DNA of 64,000 bases from an uncultured Gammaproteobacteria bacterium (GTDB lineage Bacteria > Patescibacteriota > Microgenomatia > UBA1406 > HO2-37-13b). The notes under the pieces are model-generated. The model ran no database searches. It worked only from the letters and a program-made list of their open reading frames with translations, and was not told where the DNA came from. The DNA is taken from contig OZ246401.1 of assembly GCA_965230965.1 (NCBI GenBank), positions 53,199 through 117,198 on the forward strand. The letters run 5' to 3'. Positions within the stretch are counted from its first letter, which is position 1. Every line of letters begins with the position of its first letter. Of the stretch, positions 1 through 9,301 are shown piece by piece. A program made the position numbers and the translations under genes.

Positions 1-496
1 ACTCTTTATCAACAATTCTTGTCTCGCCTTCGCGTGTGACAAGCTGTGCTCTAACCAATGTATCACCGACATAATATGTTCTCTCCGGACTCACCCATTT
101 TGAATTCATAAATAAAGCCCCACCTAATGTTCCAGGAAGCCCCAAATGATGCTCAAACCCAGACCAACCTGCTTCTGCTGTTTCTTTTGCAAGTCTCGTC
201 ATGGAATAACCTGAAGTAATGCGTACTAAAACTGATGTTTCCGTTTCTTCAAGAACTTCTTTCGATGAAGCCATATTTCGTATAACGAGTCCTTTAATAC
301 CTGCATCGCTGATTACAATGTTTGAGGCACCACCCAACACACGTACGGGTATACGTACTTCATGAGCAAATTTTATCCCCTCAATCAAATCTTCTTCTTT
401 TTCGGCCAACATATAATATTCAGCCGGTCCTCCCATTTTAAATGTTGAGTAAGGTTTTAAAATGACATTTTGTTGTAATGTGTCAAAAGAGATCAT
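1..496 (-). CDS. murB: UDP-N-acetylenolpyruvoylglucosamine reductase MurB, N-terminal part (gene runs off the left window edge)
   Basis: Not in the ORF track. Hand translation of the minus strand from ATG 496-494 gives MISFDTLQQNVILKPYSTFKMGGPAEYYMLAEKEEDLIEGIKFAHEVRIPVRVLGGASNIVISDAGIKGLVI..., matching the FAD-binding N-terminal region of MurB. ATGA overlap with the murC stop. Confidence 0.8.
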   Translation of the reverse strand, partial: MISFDTLQQNVILKPYSTFKMGGPAEYYMLAEKEEDLIEGIKFAHEVRIPVRVLGGASNIVISDAGIKGLVIRNMASSKEVLEETETSVLVRITSGYSMTRLAKETAEAGWSGFEHHLGLPGTLGGALFMNSKWVSPERTYYVGDTLVRAQLVTREGETRIVDKE

Positions 497-1875
497 GAAT
501 TTTGTGCAAGTATAGTTTGTAACTCTTCGTGCATGTCATATACATCGCCGGCACCCATAGTAATAAGCGTTGTATCGTGCAAATCCTTGGTTTTCAATAC
601 ATCTAAAAGCTCATCAGCATTATACAGTTTTCCCAGTTCAGGCGTTGTAAGTTGTTCCTCTTTTTCTCTTTCTGAAGAGAAAATTGAGAGCACATAATGC
701 TCATCTGCTGTTTGTAAAGCCGCAGCAAATTCAGTTGCAAGTGCATTTGTTCTTGAAAATGTGTGAGGTTGAAAAATAACAAGAATACGATTATCTGGAA
801 ATTTATGCCGAGCAGCTTCGATTACTGCAGCGATCTCTTTTGGATGGTGCGCATAGTCATCATATAGAAACGTACTATTTTTACTGCCTATTAGTTCAAA
901 ACGGCGTTTTGAGCCTGTAAATTGAGCTAATCCATCGCTAACAAGGGGCATTTCAATCTTTGAAAGATGACTTACAAGAATAGCACAGGCAGCATTCAGA
1001 ATATTATGTTGTCCTGGTAATTCGATGTGAAATATACCAAGATCTTCTCCTCTTAACGTACATTGAAAAGATGTTTCGTGAGCATTATCTTGAATCTGAG
1101 AAATCACAAGATCGTCGCTTTCGCTTGTTCCATAACTAAAAAGATTGTCCTTTGGAAGTTCTGCAACAACTTTCGATAATGCAGGATCATCTCCACAGTA
1201 CACAACTTTTCCACTTTTGTTTAGTGTGGCAAGCATAAATTCGCCGAACACTTTTTGAACTGCTTCTAGATCTTTATAAACATCTGGATGATCAAAATCT
1301 ATATTGGTACATGCAAGTATGTTGGGATGTTGGAAAGCAAAACGTGGGGTGTTATCAACATGTGGATTTGTAGCATACTCATCAGCCTCAACAATAATGT
1401 AATCTGTGCCATTAAACATACCCCCATCCAGACCAGAGAAATCTGGCACTCCGATATGGTGAGCTCCTTTCAATGAGCTCTTTGAAAAAATAGTTGCGAG
1501 CATTGCAGAAGTAGTAGTCTTACCATGAGAGCCACACACAGAAATGCGGAGCGCAAAATTATCCATTAACTCACCTAGTGCTTCAGCATGAGATTGTATC
1601 TTTATATTTTTTTCCTTTGCGGCGACATATTCTGGGTTTTGATCATTAGAATGCGCCCCGCTCACTACAATAAAATCAATATCATCCACAATATGATGCG
1701 CATCAAAACCCTCATGAATTGATAAGCCATATTTATTTAAAACAGGATCGGTAATAAAATGAGTTGGTACATCCGAACCAGTAACAACATTACCTGATCT
1801 ATGATAAACAAGCGATAATGCTGTCATACCGACCCCTTTAATGCCGATCATGTAAATATTTTTTCCCGATATCAT
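493..1875 (-). CDS. murC: UDP-N-acetylmuramate--L-alanine ligase
   Basis: 460 aa. N-terminal GIKGVGMTALS fold and Mur-ligase P-loop GSHGKTTTSAM. ATGA overlaps with both neighbours in a dcw-type operon. Confidence 0.93.
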   Translation of the reverse strand: MISGKNIYMIGIKGVGMTALSLVYHRSGNVVTGSDVPTHFITDPVLNKYGLSIHEGFDAHHIVDDIDFIVVSGAHSNDQNPEYVAAKEKNIKIQSHAEALGELMDNFALRISVCGSHGKTTTSAMLATIFSKSSLKGAHHIGVPDFSGLDGGMFNGTDYIIVEADEYATNPHVDNTPRFAFQHPNILACTNIDFDHPDVYKDLEAVQKVFGEFMLATLNKSGKVVYCGDDPALSKVVAELPKDNLFSYGTSESDDLVISQIQDNAHETSFQCTLRGEDLGIFHIELPGQHNILNAACAILVSHLSKIEMPLVSDGLAQFTGSKRRFELIGSKNSTFLYDDYAHHPKEIAAVIEAARHKFPDNRILVIFQPHTFSRTNALATEFAAALQTADEHYVLSIFSSEREKEEQLTTPELGKLYNADELLDVLKTKDLHDTTLITMGAGDVYDMHEELQTILAQNS

Positions 1876-2537
1876 ATTATTTTTTCAATGAAGCTATACA
1901 TTGATATTACTTGGTTATCTCTATTATACGAAGAAAATATTCCGCTATGGCAACGTGTACAGTCAAGTACATACTCAATATTTTTTGAATCAATACCTGT
2001 CGCAACAAGCATCTCGTAATTAAGTCGCAACAAATTCAACATACTATCGTCATTATTGCGCACAAATATTTTGTCCTGAAGTTCGGGAAATGATGTTTCA
2101 AAAAGTTTTTTTCTTTCACCAAAAATCTTGTAACAGCAAGCTCCTATACATGGTCCGATCGCAACTCTTATGTTAGAAATATGAGAACCATTTGTTTTGA
2201 ATTGTTCAACCATTTTTTGTGGGAGCTTCTTCAATGTGCCTCTCCAACCCTGATGCGAAGCACCAATAAAGCCTGTCACAGTATCATAAAAGAGTATTGG
2301 CACACAATCTGCAGTTCTCACAACTAGCATTTTTTTTTCGTTAGTAACCATACCATCTGCTTTTTCCTTTTTTGTTTCGCTATTTTTCAATATCTCAACT
2401 ATTCGATGACCATGCACTTGTTCTAATGAAGAATATTCTTCCGGGAGATCAGACAATGTTAAGAGAGATGTACCAAATGCTGCATTAACTTCTTTTGGAA
2501 AGATCTGGGGCACAATGCGATCACGTTTATATATCAT
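1872..2537 (-). CDS. pgeF: YfiH/PgeF (DUF152) family enzyme
   Basis: 221 aa. Family motifs VHGHRIV, ADGMVTN, RTADCVPILF, ASHQGWRG and CTRCH near the C-terminus. Confidence 0.8.
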   Translation of the reverse strand: MIYKRDRIVPQIFPKEVNAAFGTSLLTLSDLPEEYSSLEQVHGHRIVEILKNSETKKEKADGMVTNEKKMLVVRTADCVPILFYDTVTGFIGASHQGWRGTLKKLPQKMVEQFKTNGSHISNIRVAIGPCIGACCYKIFGERKKLFETSFPELQDKIFVRNNDDSMLNLLRLNYEMLVATGIDSKNIEYVLDCTRCHSGIFSSYNRDNQVISMYSFIEKII

Positions 2538-3748
2538 TGTTTAAGAATAAGTGCTTTACGAACGGCCCTATACTCATCCCACGAATACTCTTTTTTTCCT
2601 CTTGCCAGGCTCTGTTCATGGCCCTTTCCAGTCAACACAACAACATCACCTTTCTTTGCCAAACTAATTGCAAATGATATTGCCTCCTGTCGACGCTCTT
2701 TAATAACATATTCTTTCTTTTCAGGAGTTTTATTTTTGGCTTTTGTAAATCCATGCTCATTGAGCCCTTTGATAATTGCCTTTGTTATCGAACTAAAGCG
2801 TTCTGTACGATAATCCTCTTCTGTAACAATAACAATGTCAGCCGATTCTCCGCTCGCTCGACCCATATCAGGTCTTTTCTCTGCATCACGTAAACCTGCC
2901 GAGCCAAAGACGTGAATAATGCGTCCTTTTGATGATTTTAGTTCTTTTAGAAGTTTTCTGATCGAATTTGGCGTATGTGCAAAATCAATAAAAACTCTGA
3001 AATCCTGATCATACACACAATCTAACCTCCCTTTAGGCAAGGTAAATGTGCGAATTCCTTTAAGAATTTCGCTCTGCGACAATCCAATTTCGCGGCAACA
3101 TGCCAAAGCAGCCATGATGTTTTCCCTATTAAAATCCTCTTGAAACGTGGTTTTTATTTTGTCAGACCATACATAATTTGCCTCAGTATCATGCAATGAA
3201 AAAGTAACAAACTCCTTTTTATTAGCAAGTAATATTTTTGCAACTTCCTGGAAAGATTCATCATCTTTATTTACTATGGCCGCTTTTTCTGCCCACAAAA
3301 GCAATTTAACTTTTGTTTTTAGATAATTTTCATAGGTTTTATGATAATCAAGATGCTCATTAGTCACATTTGTCAAAATCGAATAGGCAAATCGAACCCA
3401 TCCAACGCGATACTGATCAATACCATGTGAGGTTGTTTCTATAACAAAATATTCACATCCTTTTTCTGCGGCTTTACGCATATTTTTTTGGATATCCCAT
3501 CTACTTTGCGTTGTCACATGCAAGCCTGTATCAGAAATATCACCAGCAATATCAGCGTAAACAGAAGAAGTCAGAGAGACGCTTTTTCCTGCTGATTTAA
3601 GAATGTGATAGAGAAGATGAGAGGTAGTTGTTTTACCATCAGTACCAGTAACACCAATAACCTTGAGCGATCGGCTGGGAAAGCCATATTTTAAATTCGC
3701 TGCAAGCGCCTCAAACCAATGTACAGTGTTTTTTAGTTTTCTTATCAT
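2534..3748 (-). CDS. murE: Mur ligase, MurE-like (UDP-MurNAc-tripeptide synthetase), short form lacking the usual N-terminal domain
   Basis: 404 aa. P-loop GVTGTDGKTTTS begins at residue 31. Other motifs: ETTSHGI, TNVTNEHLDYH, DFAHTPNS, FGSAGLRDAEKRPDMG, LTGKGHEQS. The position of the DNPR motif reads EDYR (2807-2818). Confidence 0.75.
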   Translation of the reverse strand: MIRKLKNTVHWFEALAANLKYGFPSRSLKVIGVTGTDGKTTTSHLLYHILKSAGKSVSLTSSVYADIAGDISDTGLHVTTQSRWDIQKNMRKAAEKGCEYFVIETTSHGIDQYRVGWVRFAYSILTNVTNEHLDYHKTYENYLKTKVKLLLWAEKAAIVNKDDESFQEVAKILLANKKEFVTFSLHDTEANYVWSDKIKTTFQEDFNRENIMAALACCREIGLSQSEILKGIRTFTLPKGRLDCVYDQDFRVFIDFAHTPNSIRKLLKELKSSKGRIIHVFGSAGLRDAEKRPDMGRASGESADIVIVTEEDYRTERFSSITKAIIKGLNEHGFTKAKNKTPEKKEYVIKERRQEAISFAISLAKKGDVVVLTGKGHEQSLARGKKEYSWDEYRAVRKALILKQ

Positions 3749-3752
3749 GTGA

Positions 3753-5414
3753 CTAGTTTGGAGCTATATTATACTCCACAAACAAATCTTTTGCTATGCT
3801 GAAGAAGAGTGGTGCAGCAGTTTCTGACGCCCACTGCGAGGTTTCTGGTTGACTCAAACTAACCAAAATAATAAACTGCGGTTTATCAACTGGAGCAAAT
3901 CCAACAAAAGATGCATTTGTTTTTGTTGCATCATACGAACCTGATAAAGCTATTTGAGCAGTGCCTGTTTTTCCTCCTATGCGATACCCCTTAGGAATAT
4001 TCCATTTAGCTTCACCATGCTTGACAGTTTCTTCCAGCATTTTTCTAATTTCTTTAGAGGTTTTTTCGCTAATCACCTGACGTAATTTTTTAGGCTTAAT
4101 TTCTTTCACATCACCATTTTCTGCAATGAGTTCCTTAACTACATACGGCTTTACAATCCATCCTCCATTAACAAGCGATGAAAAAGCTGTGAGCATTTGA
4201 ATTTGTGATACGGCGATACCCTGACCAAACGTTACCGTTGCATAATCAATTGGATACCACGCCTTCTTTGCCTTTATACGGGTAGTAACCTCGCCTTGTA
4301 AATCAATACCTGTTTGTCCATCAAAACCATATTTGGATAGATATTCAAGTTTCTTTTCATCTCCTAATTTTTCACCAATATGGACCATCCCTACATTGGA
4401 AGATGTTTGTAGAATACGCGAAATAGAAATTGTGCCGTTATATTCGTCGTTCCAGGTGTGAATAAAGTAGGTACCAACCTGAATAGGTCCCTTTTCGTCA
4501 TAGGTGTCATCAGCCTTAATGGCCTTTTCTTCGAGCGCTGCAGCGACTATAAGAGGTTTAAAAATGGAACCTGGCTCAAATGTGTCTGAAATTATTGGGT
4601 TACGAAATTCATCCTGACTGAATTCAAAATATTTGTCAGGATCAAAATCTGGCAGACATGCCATGGCAAGAATCTCTCCCGTATTTGGATTTGCAACTGT
4701 TACGCAGCCCCTTTTTGCTCGATATTTCTCCATTGCAGCCTGTAGTTCTCGCTTTACTATCATCTGTGACGTTTTATCTATAGTGAGCACAAGATCACGT
4801 CCATTCTCACCTTTTAAACGATTTTGCGTTCCTATAACAATTGGTCTTCCGATAATATCCCGCTCCGTTTTTAATATACCCGGAAGACCCTCAAGATCTT
4901 TATGATAGAAGCCTTCTACACCAAAATAACCAAGACTATCACCTTCATCATCCTTTCCAACAAATCCGAGCAACTGTGCAGCAATTGATGCTTCGGGGTA
5001 ATATCGCTTTTTATACTCATCAAAGCCAATACCTGGAATCTTTTGGCTTTCTAACTGCTTTTTTTGGTCTTCAGACACATTGTAAACAAGTGGCACCCAT
5101 TGCTTTTCTTTTTTAAAACGTGCCTCTAAAGTCGCCTCACCAACATGCGTTACTTCATCAACCTGTCGTAATAGCTTCCAAGAATCAGTGATATTTTTAG
5201 GCTCGCCGAAGAGCGTGTAGTACGACTGATTAACAACCAACGGCTCCATATTCCGATCATAAATCTTACCTCTTGAAGGCTCTATGCGGGATGAACGCAG
5301 ATAATTATTAGGTGTATATAATGTTGAAGCAATAACTTGGATGTAAAAAAGCTTTGCTACTATTCCACAAAGAAAGAATATGAAAACAAATGCCAAAACA
5401 TATATTCTACGCAT
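3753..5414 (-). CDS. ftsI: class B penicillin-binding protein / peptidoglycan D,D-transpeptidase (FtsI/PBP2-like)
   Basis: 553 aa. N-terminal TM anchor and transpeptidase motifs SIFK (SxxK), SSN and KTGT. dcw position downstream of ftsL. Confidence 0.9.
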   Translation of the reverse strand: MRRIYVLAFVFIFFLCGIVAKLFYIQVIASTLYTPNNYLRSSRIEPSRGKIYDRNMEPLVVNQSYYTLFGEPKNITDSWKLLRQVDEVTHVGEATLEARFKKEKQWVPLVYNVSEDQKKQLESQKIPGIGFDEYKKRYYPEASIAAQLLGFVGKDDEGDSLGYFGVEGFYHKDLEGLPGILKTERDIIGRPIVIGTQNRLKGENGRDLVLTIDKTSQMIVKRELQAAMEKYRAKRGCVTVANPNTGEILAMACLPDFDPDKYFEFSQDEFRNPIISDTFEPGSIFKPLIVAAALEEKAIKADDTYDEKGPIQVGTYFIHTWNDEYNGTISISRILQTSSNVGMVHIGEKLGDEKKLEYLSKYGFDGQTGIDLQGEVTTRIKAKKAWYPIDYATVTFGQGIAVSQIQMLTAFSSLVNGGWIVKPYVVKELIAENGDVKEIKPKKLRQVISEKTSKEIRKMLEETVKHGEAKWNIPKGYRIGGKTGTAQIALSGSYDATKTNASFVGFAPVDKPQFIILVSLSQPETSQWASETAAPLFFSIAKDLFVEYNIAPN

Positions 5415-5423
5415 ATCTTATGC

Positions 5424-5780
5424 TTATTGTGCCATAGCATAATTTGGTTTTTCGAAGAAAACCGGCTCAGCTTGTTTCGTGAAGCCAAGTTGCTCGGCAG
5501 AATAGGCCAAAGAAGTAAGAGAACTTTCTGCATACATTTTCTTTTGAAGATACTCATTTTCCTTTCTGATTTCTGTAATGTCGTGTTCCAGAAGAGATAT
5601 GTTGTCAGAAAGGTGCACAGATTTTGCAAACACCACAATATTTCCTAACATTAAGGCAAGAATCATAACGACACCAATGCATTTTGCTATAAAAAGCTTG
5701 CTCATTTTTGAACTCACATTGTGTTCCTTATGCTGGCCCCTCATTTTATGTTGTTTCCAAAGCATGTTATTTTTCTGCAA
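5424..5780 (-). CDS. ftsL: FtsL-like cell-division membrane protein (start uncertain)
   Basis: 118 aa. Basic N-terminus, single TM (IGVVMILALMLGNIVVF), then a short coiled-coil-like segment. Sits in the classical position between rsmH and ftsI. Called by architecture and context only. Confidence 0.6.
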   Translation of the reverse strand: MQKNNMLWKQHKMRGQHKEHNVSSKMSKLFIAKCIGVVMILALMLGNIVVFAKSVHLSDNISLLEHDITEIRKENEYLQKKMYAESSLTSLAYSAEQLGFTKQAEPVFFEKPNYAMAQ

Positions 5781-6588
5781 TCCTTAGTTTTGCTGATCTT
5801 TCAAAACTCTTTTTATAACTTCCTTTTATTGGTTTTTTATTAATTTCTTTAAAACCAACCTTTATCAACTCCTGTTTGACTACTCGATCTTCACCTGGGT
5901 GAAACGTTATTATTGCAATTCGTCCACCTGGTTTTAAAATCTCGTAGCTTCCCTTGATTCCTGCGCTGATATTCTCATATTCATGATTAACTTCCATGCG
6001 CAGAGCTTGAAATATGCGTGCTACTGTCTGTGCGCTATTATCTGGCGCCATTACCTCTTTCAAGTCTCCTACTGTTTCAATTTTTCTCAAAGTACGGGCG
6101 CGGACAATATGTTCCACAATTGCCCGAGAACTGAGTTCTTCAGCGTTTCTCGTAAAAATTTCATATATGTCATCTTTTGTAAAGTTATTAACTATGTCTG
6201 CGGCAGTCACTTCTAATACATTGTTCAGCCGCATGTCCAAAGGCTCTTCATCCTTTTCATAACTAAAGCCCTTTCCACTTTCTCGAATCTGCTCCATCGA
6301 AAGTCCTAGATCAAACAAAATGCCATCACAAGGGACAAAGTTGTTTTCCTTAGCCACTTCGGCTATATCAGCATAGTTTGCCTCTATAAGCGTAATGCCT
6401 AAGTCTCGTAACCCATCCGCGTAGCTGGAGACAATATGATTGTCCCACTCTAACGCTAAAACACTTGCCCCTTGATTGGCAATCAGTCGGCTATGTCCGC
6501 CAACTCCGAAGGTTGCGTCAACATAGAGACCGTTTTTTTGAACGAGTAAACTTCCGACTGCTTCGTGTAAAAGTACTGATGTATGCAT
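5767..6588 (-). CDS. rsmH: 16S rRNA (cytosine1402-N4)-methyltransferase
   Basis: 273 aa. Motifs HTSVLLHEAV and DATFGVGGHS (SAM site). Follows mraZ. Confidence 0.92.
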   Translation of the reverse strand: MHTSVLLHEAVGSLLVQKNGLYVDATFGVGGHSRLIANQGASVLALEWDNHIVSSYADGLRDLGITLIEANYADIAEVAKENNFVPCDGILFDLGLSMEQIRESGKGFSYEKDEEPLDMRLNNVLEVTAADIVNNFTKDDIYEIFTRNAEELSSRAIVEHIVRARTLRKIETVGDLKEVMAPDNSAQTVARIFQALRMEVNHEYENISAGIKGSYEILKPGGRIAIITFHPGEDRVVKQELIKVGFKEINKKPIKGSYKKSFERSAKLRIAEK

Positions 6589-6592
6589 ATGC

Positions 6593-6991
6593 TTACATCT
6601 TTATGGTCGTGAGATATTTTTCCCACGTTCCTTCATCCCAAATTTCAAAGTGATCTCCAACCCCTATAATCTTCATTTTCTGTGATGAAAACTTCATATA
6701 TTGTGTCAATGACTTGGGGAGCACGATGCGTCCCTGATCGTCTATGACAAGCTCCTGTGCTCCTGAAAAGAGCATTCTTCTCTTATCAATCTGTTCTTTT
6801 TCAAGGAGCGATACGGTGTTTATTTCGGCTGTTCTGCGTGTCCAATCGTCTCTGTCGTATCCGGCAAGACATACGTCAAAGCCTTTTGTGACAACGCATA
6901 CGTCGCCTTTCAAATTCTCTCGTATCTTCTTCGGGATAGCGATTCTTCCTCCGTCCGTAACTGATACTGAATATTCACCGAAAAACACCAT
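6593..6991 (-). CDS. mraZ: transcriptional regulator MraZ
   Basis: Two SpoVT/AbrB-type repeats (FFGEYSVSVTDGGRIAIPKKIRE and LVIDDQGRIVLPKSL). I place the start at ATG 6991 (MVFFGEY) rather than the track start at 7051, because a TTGACA-18-TATTAT promoter lies inside the longer ORF. Confidence 0.88.
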   Translation of the reverse strand: MVFFGEYSVSVTDGGRIAIPKKIRENLKGDVCVVTKGFDVCLAGYDRDDWTRRTAEINTVSLLEKEQIDKRRMLFSGAQELVIDDQGRIVLPKSLTQYMKFSSQKMKIIGVGDHFEIWDEGTWEKYLTTIKM

Positions 6992-6999
6992 TACTAACC

Positions 7000-7029
7000 A
7001 TAATACACCGTTTATTTCACGTCTGTCAA
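7000..7029 (-). promoter_or_regulatory. candidate dcw/mraZ promoter
   Basis: Minus strand: -35 TTGACA (7029-7024), 18-nt spacer, -10 TATTAT (7005-7000), then 8 nt to ATG 6991. Confidence 0.55.
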
Positions 7030-7070
7030 GGAGTATTTGAGGCAAAAACACACTACTGGTAGGGTCACTT

Positions 7071-7079
7071 TGATATAAT
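7071..7079 (+). promoter_or_regulatory. candidate extended -10 promoter (TGaTATAAT), 7 nt upstream of ATG 7087
   Basis: TGATATAAT at 7071-7079. There is no room for a leader or SD. Confidence 0.45.
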
Positions 7080-7086
7080 ATGAAAT

Positions 7087-7386
7087 ATGAAAAGAAAGTT
7101 GATCCGCGACAACATTCTTGACATCATTTCTGCCTCAGGTCGACAGCCTATGAGTCACGTTGCTAATGATGTTGAATATGAACAAGCTCTTAAAGAGAAA
7201 CTTGTTGAAGAGGTACAGGAGTACCTTGAAAATCCTAACTCTGATGAACTCGCAGATATTCAGGAAGTGCTCAATTCGTTGATAGAGCTCAATGGTGATG
7301 ATATAGAATCAATACGACTTGATAAGAAAACCCGCAATGGCGGCTTTGCTTCCCGCATCATTCTCGATGATATTATTGAAAGCTAA
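7087..7386 (+). CDS. all-alpha MazG-like NTP pyrophosphohydrolase (PRA-PH-like house-cleaning enzyme)
   Basis: 99 aa. KLIRDNILDIISASGRQP...EYEQALKEKLVEEVQEYLENPNSDELADIQEVLNSLIEL...RNGGFASRIIL matches the small KLVRDKIPEII-type MazG superfamily proteins as I recall them. Confidence 0.7.
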   Translation: MKRKLIRDNILDIISASGRQPMSHVANDVEYEQALKEKLVEEVQEYLENPNSDELADIQEVLNSLIELNGDDIESIRLDKKTRNGGFASRIILDDIIES

Positions 7387-7392
7387 GTCTAC

Positions 7393-7881
7393 TTACAGCT
7401 CAAATTCGCCTTCAAAAAGCTGAGCTCCGTATGAACCCGAAAACTTGAGCGAGGCCTTAATAGACGTGATACCCTTGTCGTACTTACACGTTCCTGATGA
7501 ACATGTACCCAATGTCACTTTTCGTTGAACAGGCTCTTTTCCATCGAATTCAATTGTACCGATAACTCCCTTTGGCACCTTTTCACCATCGACTTCTGCA
7601 TCGTAAGAGAGTTCATACTCAATAGATTCTGTGCCTTTAGGAACGCCCTTTACTGAAACTGATGCTTCTTGTTTTTTTGCATCTGCGGTAATATCGACCT
7701 TCACTGTATCTGCAACTGTTGGCAATACTTCTACATCAGGGAGAACCTCCTCATCAGCATCTTTAGTTCCTTGATTACCAGATCGACCATTCATCATAAA
7801 AAAGCCCACTCCTGCAAGCAAAATAAGAACTACGACAACGATAAGCATATTTTTATTTTTCTCAATCATTTTCATGTCCAT
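7393..7881 (-). CDS. hypothetical membrane-anchored extracytoplasmic protein
   Basis: 162 aa. N-terminal TM (MLIVVVVLILLAGVGFFMM), then a beta-rich domain with a CSSGTC pair. No family recognised. Confidence 0.6.
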   Translation of the reverse strand: MDMKMIEKNKNMLIVVVVLILLAGVGFFMMNGRSGNQGTKDADEEVLPDVEVLPTVADTVKVDITADAKKQEASVSVKGVPKGTESIEYELSYDAEVDGEKVPKGVIGTIEFDGKEPVQRKVTLGTCSSGTCKYDKGITSIKASLKFSGSYGAQLFEGEFEL

Positions 7882-7886
7882 AGAAT

Positions 7887-9254
7887 TTATGAATAATTTT
7901 TAATAAACTCTGCAATATATAATTCCAGTGTATCAAGTTTTACGCGCTCTTGCACCATTGTGTCACGATTACGCACAGTGACAGTCTGATCTTCAAGAGT
8001 TTGATAATCAATCGTTACACAAAGTGGAGTTCCTATTTCATCTTGAGAGAGATATCGCTTTCCAATATTACCTCGATCATCCCACGCAACATACATGCCT
8101 GATTGTACAAGCTGCTGGTATACATCGCGGGCTTTCGTCGTAATTTCTTCTTTGTTGCGAACAAGTGGAAAGACCGCTGCCTTATAAGGTGCAACTTTTG
8201 GATGCAATTTAAGATACGTTCTTTTCTCATCTTCACGATAGGCTTCGCAAATAAGAACGAGAAGAAGTCTGTTTAAACCTATAGAGTATTCTGCAACATG
8301 AGGAACAAAACTTTCGCCTGTTTCATCGTCACGATATGACAAATCCTCTCCAGAGTATTCTGAGTGACGTTTTAAATCCCAGTCTCCACGATAGTGGATG
8401 CCTTGGAATTCCTTCCATCCAAACGGAAATTCATATTCAAGATCGGTGGCAACCTTGTTGTAATGTGCCCTCTCTTTAAATTCTTGGTCGCGAAAGCGGA
8501 GTTTTGATGAATCAATACCAATGCTGTTTAGCCACTTCATACTTTGTTCCTTAAGTTTTTCATACGTATCTGTTGCCTCTGCCTCACGCACAAATACTTC
8601 TAGTTCCATCTGTTCAAACTCTCGCGTTCTAAAAATATATGGACCAACTTTAATTTCGTTGCGGAACGCCTTCCCAATCTGAGCTATTCCAAAGGGAAGT
8701 TTAAGTCGCATACTATCTTTGACCAACTTAAAGTTGTAAAAGATAGGCTGGCAGGTCTCTCCACGAAGATACGCTGTTGTTTTTTGATCCGCAATCGTAC
8801 CAACTTGAGCTTCAACAAGAATGTTAAAACGCTTTGCTGTGGAAAGCTTATTGCCATCTGGGCTTACAATATTTTTACTCTGAATAATGTCATCAATTTC
8901 TTCAGGAGAAAGGCCATCTGTTTTATCGCCTGTTGTTTCTTCAATAATATGATCAGCTCTGTAGCGTTTGTGGGTTATGGTATCTTCTACCATGACATCA
9001 TTAAACGATTCGACATGGCCGCTTGCCTCCCATACACGTGGGTGTGATATTAGTGCGCCGTCCAAGCCAACATTGTTTGGCGTCATATGAACAAAGGTTT
9101 GCCACCATGCGTTACGAATGTTGCGGAGCATTTCAGCACCGAGCGGACCAAAATCATAGGCTGCCTCCCAGCCTCCATAAATTTCTGAAGAGGGAAAAAT
9201 AAATCCGCGGCGCTTTAATAAAGCAGCAATTGTATCAATAGTTATCTGAGACAT
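7887..9254 (-). CDS. glyQS: glycine--tRNA ligase (homodimeric class II type)
   Basis: Full-length similarity (RGFIFPSSEIYGG, FRNEI, RTREFEQMELE, anticodon-binding C-terminus). Start set to ATG 9254 (MSQITID), which has TGcTATAAT 7 nt upstream. The track start at 9317 would overlap the divergent gene. Confidence 0.93.
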   Translation of the reverse strand: MSQITIDTIAALLKRRGFIFPSSEIYGGWEAAYDFGPLGAEMLRNIRNAWWQTFVHMTPNNVGLDGALISHPRVWEASGHVESFNDVMVEDTITHKRYRADHIIEETTGDKTDGLSPEEIDDIIQSKNIVSPDGNKLSTAKRFNILVEAQVGTIADQKTTAYLRGETCQPIFYNFKLVKDSMRLKLPFGIAQIGKAFRNEIKVGPYIFRTREFEQMELEVFVREAEATDTYEKLKEQSMKWLNSIGIDSSKLRFRDQEFKERAHYNKVATDLEYEFPFGWKEFQGIHYRGDWDLKRHSEYSGEDLSYRDDETGESFVPHVAEYSIGLNRLLLVLICEAYREDEKRTYLKLHPKVAPYKAAVFPLVRNKEEITTKARDVYQQLVQSGMYVAWDDRGNIGKRYLSQDEIGTPLCVTIDYQTLEDQTVTVRNRDTMVQERVKLDTLELYIAEFIKNYS

Positions 9255-9261
9255 ATCCAGA

Positions 9262-9270
9262 ATTATAGCA
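9262..9270 (-). promoter_or_regulatory. candidate extended -10 promoter (TGcTATAAT), 7 nt upstream of glyQS ATG 9254
   Basis: The plus strand reads attatagca at 9262-9270. Confidence 0.45.
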
Positions 9271-9287
9271 AATAAAGTAAAGGTGAC

Positions 9288-9295
9288 TGTATAAT
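9288..9295 (+). promoter_or_regulatory. candidate -10 promoter (TGTATAAT), 6 nt upstream of ATG 9302
   Basis: tgtataat at 9288-9295. Back-to-back with the glyQS promoter in a 47-bp divergent spacer. Confidence 0.45.
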
Positions 9296-9301
9296 GCTTA
9301 T

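Noticed and set aside
6992-7051. N-terminal extensions offered by the ORF track (mraZ to 7051, glyQS to 9317, radC to 49646, 46844 start, ftsH 29715, PIG-L 27186, dedA 46393, pgk 60790)
   Set aside because: The extensions are non-conserved, often overlap the divergent neighbour or contain the gene's own promoter. The downstream ATG begins exactly at the conserved N-terminus of the family.
7030-7070. Possible MraZ boxes (AAAGTG ... TAGTGTG) upstream of the mraZ -35
   Set aside because: Only two loosely similar hexamers with irregular spacing. The described MraZ operators are three or more regularly spaced repeats. Not enough to call.
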